Origin: Patescibacteria group bacterium
GTDB taxonomy: Bacteria; Patescibacteriota; Minisyncoccia; Phycocordibacterales; SIBU01
Direction of reading: 5' to 3'
DNA length: 64,000 bases
NCBI GenBank assembly: GCA_040390045.1
Contig: JAZJZC010000001.1
Location: 254,318 to 318,317, forward strand
Part shown: in pieces, positions 47,772 through 55,946 of the stretch
Layout: every line of letters begins with the position of its first letter
Numbering within the stretch: position 1 is the stretch's first letter
The notes under the pieces: generated by a model
Database searches by the model: none
Seen by the model: only the letters and a program-made list of their open reading frames with translations
Told to the model about the DNA's origin: nothing
Translations under genes and position numbers: made by a program

Positions 47772-49146
47772 TTGGAAACCATTTCTTAATCAAACAACGA
47801 CGTAATACTACAAACCCGTAGACCGCGAAAGTAAATATAAAAACATTCACCGGAATCCGGAAACGCCCGTTCATGCCAAAGCCGTTGGCTGAGGTGAGGA
47901 CTGCAAAATAGGCTACCATTATAAGTCCCGTATAGGCAAACGGAGAAAATTTTTCCTTATACAAATACAGCGCGGCGCCGGCAAAAAATAATAGTGTAAT
48001 TGCAATCCAAAATAATCGCACCAAAAGCACAAAAATTCCGGGAGAGCTCGCGTACATCAAAATATCCCGCGCTAATTCGAGCGGATCGGTCAAAAGCAAA
48101 ACCAGCGCCGGCTTGTGCAACACATTTGGAATACTAATTCCTCCGTACCCAAGCACCGTGAGCATGTGATCGTGCGTAAAAAAAGTCACCATGCTAATGC
48201 CCATAGATTTCAAAAGTGCCACTTTATGTTGCATCAAAACCGCCACCGACTTGTCAGTGTAGAAACGTGAATTAGAAAGATCGGCTGGACCACCGGGAAC
48301 TTCATCGACGATTGGAATTGCGCTGAGCTCAGATTCATAACTCGTCCCCTTGTCGATCGAAAGCACGGTAGGCACAAGCACAGTGTAGAGATTGTACGCG
48401 GGCTGAGCAGTCAAACCCCACACCCCAAACTCTTTCTTATTTCTGAGCACCCAAGGCAGAAGAACTAAAGCAACAACAAAAACAAAACAGAGTAACTGTT
48501 TGAAAAACCGGAGCGACAATTGTTTTCGGTAATGCAACAATAACAAAACCGGAATGATAATCGGCAAAAATTGCACCGTCGGCTTAATCAAAATTGAAAG
48601 TCCCAGGAAAAACCCGGCGAGCGCAATTGATTTAGTAGCTTGAGAATCCAAATATCTAAAAATAAAAACCAAAAACAACAAGAATAAAAAGGTAAAACTG
48701 GTTTCTGAAACCACCATGGTGGAAGAATAAATAGCTGCTGGCTCAAGCGCCAGAAAAAGACCAACGAGCCACGTGTACCGGCTTGGGAAAATTTTTCCTG
48801 CGAGATACATCCCAAGAATCGGAATGAGGCTCGAAAGGATGAGTTGGAAAATGTACACCGGCACATACGAGTGAAAAATTTTAGCGATCAACGCCATTGT
48901 GACAATCCATGCTGGTGGACGCATAGCGTTTGGCACAAACGGGGCTTGTGCAGATTCTGAATAGCCATTACCCGCGATTAAATTTTCACTAATTTCGAAA
49001 TAGCCATCCGCACCGCGAACCGTTCCAATAAAGTCGCCGTGATTGAAATTTAAATACACAAAAAAAAGCCCTAACCGAAGAGCAACCGCAATACTGAAAA
49101 TTATCATATAAGCCTTGTGTTTTTGGAAAAAAGCCCTGAAATTCAT
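47764..49146 (-). CDS. GT-C fold membrane glycosyltransferase (ArnT/PMT-like)
   Basis: 460 aa polytopic membrane protein with an N-terminal glycosyltransferase-39/83-like loop. Confidence 0.55.
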   Translation of the reverse strand: MNFRAFFQKHKAYMIIFSIAVALRLGLFFVYLNFNHGDFIGTVRGADGYFEISENLIAGNGYSESAQAPFVPNAMRPPAWIVTMALIAKIFHSYVPVYIFQLILSSLIPILGMYLAGKIFPSRYTWLVGLFLALEPAAIYSSTMVVSETSFTFLFLLFLVFIFRYLDSQATKSIALAGFFLGLSILIKPTVQFLPIIIPVLLLLHYRKQLSLRFFKQLLCFVFVVALVLLPWVLRNKKEFGVWGLTAQPAYNLYTVLVPTVLSIDKGTSYESELSAIPIVDEVPGGPADLSNSRFYTDKSVAVLMQHKVALLKSMGISMVTFFTHDHMLTVLGYGGISIPNVLHKPALVLLLTDPLELARDILMYASSPGIFVLLVRLFWIAITLLFFAGAALYLYKEKFSPFAYTGLIMVAYFAVLTSANGFGMNGRFRIPVNVFIFTFAVYGFVVLRRCLIKKWFPNA

Positions 49147-49189
49147 ACTGGGTATACTAGCACTCGATTTCTCAATACAAAAGCCTCAC

Positions 49190-49648
49190 TTACTTTGTCC
49201 GTTTGAAAATAAAAAGACGATAAATAAAAAAAGTGACACAGGCAATTCCTATAGTCACAAGTAACTTTGAGAAAATATACCAAAGATGCAACACTTCAAC
49301 TAAAACGTACATCAAGGCGGCTGTCACAAAATAATTGGCGAGCGCGACTAAAAAATACCACGTAGCCTGAGCATGAACTCGATCGACAGATGTGTCTTCA
49401 AAAGCCCAAAATTTTTGTAGCGTAAAGCTGACGCAAAATCCAACAAGAAACCCGGCACTGACTGCCGGCACCAAAGACATACCCAAAAAATCTTTACAAA
49501 CGTAGAGTGTGCTCGTGTCAGTTACAAAAGCCGCTCCACCAGAAAAAATAAAAGCAATAACGGTTCGTCTCTTAAAAAGAATACTGTGAACTTTTGGCGA
49601 AAGCGTTTGCAGAAAATTCCAGACGCTTGTTTCGAGCTTCTTGAGCAT
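49190..49648 (-). CDS. GtrA family membrane protein (putative polyprenyl-phosphate-sugar flippase)
   Basis: 152 aa, 4 TM segments, the FxxSGGAAFVTD motif region is typical of GtrA. Confidence 0.7.
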   Translation of the reverse strand: MLKKLETSVWNFLQTLSPKVHSILFKRRTVIAFIFSGGAAFVTDTSTLYVCKDFLGMSLVPAVSAGFLVGFCVSFTLQKFWAFEDTSVDRVHAQATWYFLVALANYFVTAALMYVLVEVLHLWYIFSKLLVTIGIACVTFFIYRLFIFKRTK

Positions 49649-50547
49649 TAATTGTTTTTAAATCGTTTTAGGAAATCAGAACCGTACACACCAGTTAAAA
49701 GATCCAAATCCTTTTTGCTCTTCATCAACAGATCAACATTTTTATCTCGCAAACTTTCCAAAACTTCGACGCCATATGTATCCCCCACCATTTTTTCGTA
49801 CAATTCTGAAAACGCCGCGAAGTCTTTAATAAAACAGTGCCCTCCGGCGCCTCGTCCACTCTTGTGTACCGGCTCCAAATGACTCGCTCCAATCCGCGGA
49901 TCAGCAGCCACAGCATTCTTCACCGTAGACCAATCAATATTTTCTTTTTCTGCCAAATCATGAAAAATGTTGGCAAAGATTAATTTAAAATAGAAAAAAC
50001 AATTTCCTGCGTATTTTATAAGTTCCGCTTCTTTTGCTCCGGTGATTAATTCAAACGGAGCTTTCGGCAAAATCGCCATCACATCCTTCGCCTTAGCCGC
50101 GTGCTCTTTCGAATCTTTTGGAACACCGATAATGTTCCGCTCAGGCTCTGCCGCGTCTTTACTTGCGGTCACTTCTCGTAAAAATTCTGGAGAATGGAAA
50201 ACGTAGATATCTGGATTTTCATTTTGAATGGAAAGCGTCGTGCCAGGAACAATGGTTGATTTAATAACAGCTGTCTTCCCCTTCCCCAAAAGTTTTACGG
50301 CATCACGAATAATATGATCATCAAACCCTTCACTCGTAGTCGGTGTTGGGACTGCGATAAAAACCACATCACAATCTTTAATTTTTGATTTGTTTTGTAT
50401 GTATGGCGTTTCCAATGAATAGCGGACAATAGAAAATCCTCGATTTTCAAAATCATCTGCGTAGGCCTTTCCCACAAAACCCTGGCCAATAAAGCCGACA
50501 AGTGGCTTAGCCTTACTATTTGATTTGGCGGCTTTTTTTGTTGGCAT
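49648..50547 (-). CDS. UDP-glucose/GDP-mannose dehydrogenase family protein (short form)
   Basis: N-terminal VGFIGQGFVGK Rossmann motif and a central GGHCFIKD region (compare GGSCFPKD); only 299 aa, so it lacks the usual C-terminal domain. Confidence 0.5.
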   Translation of the reverse strand: MPTKKAAKSNSKAKPLVGFIGQGFVGKAYADDFENRGFSIVRYSLETPYIQNKSKIKDCDVVFIAVPTPTTSEGFDDHIIRDAVKLLGKGKTAVIKSTIVPGTTLSIQNENPDIYVFHSPEFLREVTASKDAAEPERNIIGVPKDSKEHAAKAKDVMAILPKAPFELITGAKEAELIKYAGNCFFYFKLIFANIFHDLAEKENIDWSTVKNAVAADPRIGASHLEPVHKSGRGAGGHCFIKDFAAFSELYEKMVGDTYGVEVLESLRDKNVDLLMKSKKDLDLLTGVYGSDFLKRFKNN

Positions 50548-50605
50548 AATTCGACTATTTTACACGAAATTTGACTCTAAGCAAAACATATCCCCCCTCT
50601 CGCAA

Positions 50606-51781
50606 TTAGTTCGATTGGTACGCCCCCTCAATTGAATTTTTGTACTCATGTAAATACTGTTCTTTAGTTTTTGCCAATTCGTCCACCGCGTGCGGTGCAA
50701 TTTGCAAAGCATAAAAAGTTCTCAACTGATTATCTTCTATGAGTTGCGAAATGGTGGAAACAAAACAATTCAAATCATTAACAGGACAATCAAATGAGTG
50801 ACCTTTGTGATTAAGTAGTTCCGGTGCGATGCCCACATCAGATGAAACGGCAGGACAACCACTTGCCACTGCTTCAAAAAGCGCTAACCCAAAACCTTCA
50901 TACAAAGAAGTTTGAAGATACAAATTGGCAGTTTTGTAATAGGAAATCGTGTCATGTTGCCAACCTTCAAAAACCACATTTTTAGAAAGCTGTAAGCTGT
51001 TAGCTTGTAGCTGTAAGCTTCTTTTCAGTGGTCCATCACCAACAATCACCAGTCCCGTCGTTGGATATTTTTTAACCAACTTTTTTAAAATTCGCAGAGC
51101 AAACTGAACATTTTTTTCATACGTTAACCGAGCCACTACCAAAATAATAAAACCGAAATGGGAATACTTTTGCTGGAGACTGAAACTTGGTTCGGCGCTT
51201 CGAAGTTTTTCAACGTCCGTAAAAATCGGCAGTATCTTAGTTCGTAATTCGAAATTCCTAATTCGTAATTCTTTCAAAGAATTGAAAATTCTTTGACTAA
51301 CAACACGAATGGCATTCGCTTTGGGCAACACGCGCCTTGCAATTAAAACACGCACCCTATTGAGAAAAGAGGCTCTTTTAAAATACGGATTAAGAAAATC
51401 AGTGTGAATTTGAATGTGCAGTGGCAACTTGAACCGCGTGGCAATTTTCATCGCCACGTAACCGGTTTCAAAAGGATCCTGCCCTGTAATAACGGAATTA
51501 GGAATTAGGAATTTCGAATTACGAATAATACGCTTCCCAATCCAAATGGCGTCAAAAATATAAAACCATCGATTCCAAGAATTTGTACGATATATCGTAC
51601 AATTAGGAGCGATCTGTATCTTATGCTCCGTGGTCTGTGTTCCGTGGTCTGTTCTCCTCGTCGAGAATACAACGATGTGAAGTTCCTCAAAAAGCCCCGC
51701 ATATTCAACCATCCGCGCGCGAACTGCGCTTCCCTCTTCAAATATTTTCCGATCACTGCTTATTGATAAAACCTTGGTCAT
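50606..51781 (-). CDS. GT4 family glycosyltransferase
   Basis: C-terminal VIVGDGPLKRSLQLQANSLQLSKNVVFEG and YLQTSLYEGFGLALFEAVASGCP (E-x7-E region). Confidence 0.65.
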   Translation of the reverse strand: MTKVLSISSDRKIFEEGSAVRARMVEYAGLFEELHIVVFSTRRTDHGTQTTEHKIQIAPNCTIYRTNSWNRWFYIFDAIWIGKRIIRNSKFLIPNSVITGQDPFETGYVAMKIATRFKLPLHIQIHTDFLNPYFKRASFLNRVRVLIARRVLPKANAIRVVSQRIFNSLKELRIRNFELRTKILPIFTDVEKLRSAEPSFSLQQKYSHFGFIILVVARLTYEKNVQFALRILKKLVKKYPTTGLVIVGDGPLKRSLQLQANSLQLSKNVVFEGWQHDTISYYKTANLYLQTSLYEGFGLALFEAVASGCPAVSSDVGIAPELLNHKGHSFDCPVNDLNCFVSTISQLIEDNQLRTFYALQIAPHAVDELAKTKEQYLHEYKNSIEGAYQSN

Positions 51782-52794
51782 ACTTTTTTGCTAATTTCCA
51801 AAAACTCACGGCTAATGTCTTCCCACGTATGAACAAAATTGAACGCTTCAACCTTTTTTTTCTGAGCTTCGTAATTTTCAGGATTCGAAAGCCACAGGAT
51901 TTTTTCGGCTATTTCTTGAATGTTTTCAGGATCGACAAAAATGGCGCAGTTTGTAATCCGTTCATGGAGACCAGTTTCGCGTGTCAAAATAAAAGGCTTA
52001 TTGAAACGAATCGAATCTAAAATCGAATTGGGGCTAATATCGCCCAAAGAAACCAAGATAACCGCGTAGGCTTTAGAAATTTTATCCATAAAAACTTCAA
52101 ACGTGGCATTCCTGACATCGAGCGAAATAGAATCATCGTGAGTTTTAGCCTTCGAAAAAGCTTCTAACAGTCGCGTATTGTTCTTCCATTTGAGCAATCT
52201 TGTTCCAGCGATAAAATTTTTATCTGTTGGTGTATGTGAAATTTCCTTTGGTCCGTAAAAATTTTCCACCACAAAAAGTTTTGCCGAATGTAATTGGTAG
52301 GCTTTTTGAAAAATATCCTTTTGCCACTCAGTACTAAAAATAACCGCATTTGATTTTTGCAATACAAACTTGGTCAAAGAAAATAAAAATTTTTCTTTTC
52401 TAGAAAATTTCCCAACCGACTCAGTATAAAAATTTCGGAATAACACCAAATCCCCCGTCCGCTCAACAAAGGATTCCCACAAAAAATCTCCTCCAGTCCG
52501 AACGATACATTTCTTCCCCAAAAGCCTCGCCGCTAAAAGCGTTGGCAGGGCGACACTAAACGTATCAAAAGCAAAAATCACATCCGTTTTAAAAACCGCG
52601 GAAAGAATTCTAAAAAAGAAATATGCGTGTCGAATACCCGTCGGCAATCGTCTTTCAAAACTGAAAAATTTTACCGCAACGGTATGCCCATCTTTTTTAA
52701 AAATGGTTTCTAAATTTTTACTGTATTGTGCTGGACCGCCAATATCTGGCGGGTAAATACCCGTAGCAATGAGAATTTTCATCTGATTAAGCAT
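51778..52794 (-). CDS. GT4-like glycosyltransferase
   Basis: N-terminal KILIATGIYPPDIGGPAQYS is typical of GT4 N-domains. Confidence 0.6.
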   Translation of the reverse strand: MLNQMKILIATGIYPPDIGGPAQYSKNLETIFKKDGHTVAVKFFSFERRLPTGIRHAYFFFRILSAVFKTDVIFAFDTFSVALPTLLAARLLGKKCIVRTGGDFLWESFVERTGDLVLFRNFYTESVGKFSRKEKFLFSLTKFVLQKSNAVIFSTEWQKDIFQKAYQLHSAKLFVVENFYGPKEISHTPTDKNFIAGTRLLKWKNNTRLLEAFSKAKTHDDSISLDVRNATFEVFMDKISKAYAVILVSLGDISPNSILDSIRFNKPFILTRETGLHERITNCAIFVDPENIQEIAEKILWLSNPENYEAQKKKVEAFNFVHTWEDISREFLEISKKV

Positions 52795-52991
52795 ACCGTT
52801 AATACAATAAAGGGTATTGAACCACAGGGCAAGCCCTGCACCCTAAATGAAATCAAAAACTCGCCTTCCTTCAGCGGTGCAGTGGGTAATCAACCCTTTG
52901 TTGCGACTTCGACTCGGACGCTGTGTACAATCAGAATTGTACACGCGCTCCTCGCTCGTCGCAATAAAAAACAAAGCCCGAGAGAGCTTTG

Positions 52992-53849
52992 TTACACGAA
53001 TATTTTCTCCGGCACAAGCACAGGTGACCTGAACTTACAGAAACTTAGTAATCCGAGATCAGCTTCGTGGCCGCCGCGACAAGACATGATCGTTCCCGCC
53101 ATCAAAGCACTGTGGTGACTGAGTGCTGTGCCACCCAAAATATCTTGCACTCGGTGGAATAGGAATTTCTGAAGAGCTTGAGCTTTTGAGTATTTCTGCG
53201 GCCAACAAACGGTGTTGATCATCGGTGAACCGAAGAGCGATGCCAACCAACAAAAGGCATACCGCCGCTTCGGAGGCCAACCTTGAGCTCTGGCCCGAAA
53301 GATTTCCTCAAGCACTTCCAGATCTCCAGGAAAAACCAAGTGAGCGTTTTTTTCCCCAAGCCCTGGGTAATTGATTTCTACCCTAACTTGGAGATTTGGC
53401 ATACTCTCAAACCTGATCGGGCACAAAGTGACTGAGCGACCCGAAACTGAATAGCCCCACTCGTACTTTCGCGTTGGCGTTATCCACGAAACGTTCTCGT
53501 CAATCTCAAGGGTTTTAGGCTTAACTACATCCCACAAATCCCAACACCGCCCGTGGTACGGAGGCCAACCCGAGCCCGTAACGATGACACCGTCGAGCCC
53601 GGTAAATCGCAGAGGGAGAACGTGCTCAATGATCCGAAGCTTCAAGCCTTCGTGATGAAGGTACAGAAAGCGAAACAATTTACTGTACTTGGCAATCCGC
53701 CAATCGATAGGAAGAAGTAAGTTATGACCCAGATACGGTTTCCAATGCCACCCGGGCTCGTCCGTTGGTGAAAGCGTGAGCCACGCCTTTCTTCCGAAGC
53801 AGTCAAGACCAGTGATAGTCACCGGTTTCTTTAAACGCAGTTTTTTCAT
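52992..53849 (-). CDS. LpxC-family deacetylase (UDP-3-O-acyl-N-acetylglucosamine deacetylase-like)
   Basis: FLFHRVQDILGG matches the LpxC HKxLD motif; HEGLKLRIIEHVL and TGLDGVIVTGSGW agree with the LpxC fold; ATG at 53849; GC-rich. Confidence 0.5.
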   Translation of the reverse strand: MKKLRLKKPVTITGLDCFGRKAWLTLSPTDEPGWHWKPYLGHNLLLPIDWRIAKYSKLFRFLYLHHEGLKLRIIEHVLPLRFTGLDGVIVTGSGWPPYHGRCWDLWDVVKPKTLEIDENVSWITPTRKYEWGYSVSGRSVTLCPIRFESMPNLQVRVEINYPGLGEKNAHLVFPGDLEVLEEIFRARAQGWPPKRRYAFCWLASLFGSPMINTVCWPQKYSKAQALQKFLFHRVQDILGGTALSHHSALMAGTIMSCRGGHEADLGLLSFCKFRSPVLVPEKIFV

Positions 53850-53910
53850 AGGAACAACCAAAGTTTTCTAAACAAACCTTACTGAAAAAAATCCTGCTTG
53901 TCAAACAAAA

Positions 53911-55098
53911 CTAGACCTGCTCAAAAACTTCCTCTTTCATACGTTTTGCGACGAGGCTCCAATCATATTTTTCCTCTACCATTGCTAAGGCATTATCGAT
54001 AATATATTTTCTTGATTCAAAATCTTTCATCAGTTTCTCAACTTTAAGCGCAATGCTTTTTGGATTTCCTACTTCACAAAATAGTCCTGTCTCGCCATCT
54101 TTCAAGAAATCTAATATGCCGCCGACCGGAGTGGCAATGACTGGAAGTCCGGCCGCCATAGCTTCAATAAAAGAATTACCCATGCCTTCTGAAAGCGAAG
54201 GACGGATGAAAATGTCAGACGCCCACAAATACGGTGGCAGATTTTCATGAGAAATAAATCCCGCAAAATTTATTCGATCATGAAGCTTTAAGCTATCAGC
54301 TTGCAGCTTTAAGCTTTTGTGAAGCTCTCCAGTTCCAATAATCAAAAATTTTACATTTTCAGGCAAATACTGAAGCGCATCAATAATATCTCCAACAGCG
54401 TTTTTAACCACCAGGCGTGATGTTGTGACAATCACGGTATCATCTTCCCCGAACCTAAATTCGCTGCGAATTCGGGTTCGTTCCTCTACTTTTAACTTTT
54501 CACTTTCAACTTTAAACTTGCGGACGTCGACGCCATTCGGTACAACTACTGGCGACGTCCGCGCCCCCATCTCCCTCGCAAAATCCGCCAAGTAATGTGA
54601 AATGGTTTGAATTCTGTTGGCTTTCGTAAAAATCATTTTAAAAATCGGGTACATGAGACCAACGCGGCGTTTAATGTAGGAAATCGGATCGCCTTCCTGC
54701 AACGTCAGGACAAAAGGAATTTCGGGTTTACAAAGTTTAAAAAATAGCGCACCAAATCCGGCGTAGTTGGCCATCACTGACCAAATGACATCATAGTGAT
54801 TTTTTCGATGAAGCGAGAGTGCTTTGAAAAAAGCAAAAAATGGAAAAAAATATTTATAAATTTTAAATTTAGCAAGAAAGGCATTGTCCCCCGCTCGCCA
54901 GCCAAAACCAACTCGGTACACATTGACGTTACCGATCCGTTCAAACTTTGGCGCACTCTTGCGTAGCGTAATCATGTCGAAAGAAATTTCCTCGGGGGAA
55001 ATCCTGTCCGTAATTTCTTTCACTGCCACTTCTGCCCCTCCGATAAATCGCGGATAGTAGACTAAAGAAAAAATTAAAATTCGTTTCGTTTTATTCAT
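53911..55098 (-). CDS. GT4 family glycosyltransferase
   Basis: IIGTGELHKSLKLQADSLKLHDRINFAG and SLSEGMGNSFIEAMAAGLPVIAT (E-x7-E region). Confidence 0.65.
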   Translation of the reverse strand: MNKTKRILIFSLVYYPRFIGGAEVAVKEITDRISPEEISFDMITLRKSAPKFERIGNVNVYRVGFGWRAGDNAFLAKFKIYKYFFPFFAFFKALSLHRKNHYDVIWSVMANYAGFGALFFKLCKPEIPFVLTLQEGDPISYIKRRVGLMYPIFKMIFTKANRIQTISHYLADFAREMGARTSPVVVPNGVDVRKFKVESEKLKVEERTRIRSEFRFGEDDTVIVTTSRLVVKNAVGDIIDALQYLPENVKFLIIGTGELHKSLKLQADSLKLHDRINFAGFISHENLPPYLWASDIFIRPSLSEGMGNSFIEAMAAGLPVIATPVGGILDFLKDGETGLFCEVGNPKSIALKVEKLMKDFESRKYIIDNALAMVEEKYDWSLVAKRMKEEVFEQV

Positions 55099-55109
55099 AA
55101 TTATTCAGC

Positions 55110-55946
55110 TTACTCTAGTATCGTATATTCATCCGCCTTACTTTCAGTGGTAGTTTGTTTTGGTTTGGCGACAAACAATCCCAATGCTCCCAGTGCAATC
55201 ACCCCAGCCAAGGCATAAAACCAAACAGACGTGCCAGAAGTTACCTGTGGCTTATCAGTATACGAAACCTTTGTTGAGTTGGATACATTGGCGAGCGAAG
55301 TGTCTTGAACACCGCTCTCCTTCGAAACTTCAACCGGCGAAACCGCAGGCTTAGGTTTGGAAACAGGAACTTCAGTTACTTTTTTCGGTTCAACCGTTTT
55401 TGTAACCGGAGCCGCTACCACTGCTGTTTTTGGTTTTGATTCTTGGTTAACATGTCCGGGTGTCGGAGGCAATGATTTCCAACTACCGTTTATTTTTTGC
55501 AACGAATTACCTTCCAAATAGGTTTTTTCTCCCGTGTACGAAACTGTGTCTTCAACCGTTGTGCTACTACTTTTCAAAATTAAAATTTCCCCCGTCTGAC
55601 TTAAAGAAAATGTGCTATCAAAAATCGTCCCAACAAACTGAGGCCAATCAGTTAAAAACTTTTTAGGATCATCGGCAATAACAGCAAAACCACCCGAGAG
55701 AATTGTAGGGCTTCCTTGAAACAGCGACAATTTGTGGTTGGTCTCCCCTTCTAGAAATTTCCACGTTGAAGTTGAGATGGTCACTGCTTCCAAACCAACA
55801 TTGGTAATTTCAACCCACTCTCGTCCACCATCAGCGCCAAAGGCGTCATACATAATTTCGTTAAAAGCCACTCCCGCAAAAGCAGTCCTAACAAAGAATA
55901 GGCTTGCGAAAATGATTACGAAAAAAAATCTATGAGCGCTCATCAT
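55110..55946 (-). CDS. secreted lamin-tail-domain (LTD) protein with C-terminal membrane anchor
   Basis: Signal peptide; AFNEIMYDAFGADGGREWVEITN resembles the LTD; P/K/V/E-rich linker; C-terminal hydrophobic segment; ATG at 55946. Confidence 0.55.
   Translation of the reverse strand: MMSAHRFFFVIIFASLFFVRTAFAGVAFNEIMYDAFGADGGREWVEITNVGLEAVTISTSTWKFLEGETNHKLSLFQGSPTILSGGFAVIADDPKKFLTDWPQFVGTIFDSTFSLSQTGEILILKSSSTTVEDTVSYTGEKTYLEGNSLQKINGSWKSLPPTPGHVNQESKPKTAVVAAPVTKTVEPKKVTEVPVSKPKPAVSPVEVSKESGVQDTSLANVSNSTKVSYTDKPQVTSGTSVWFYALAGVIALGALGLFVAKPKQTTTESKADEYTILE

Noticed and set aside
50985-54325. Restriction-site-rich repeats (AAGCTT, GAATTC, TTCGAA) in GT4 genes as cloning artefacts
   Set aside because: The AGCTGTAAGCT and AGCTTTAAGCT repeats simply encode the paralogous GT4 motif SLQLQANSLQL / SLKLQADSLKL. 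I kept only the frame-independent palindromes and inverted repeats as findings.
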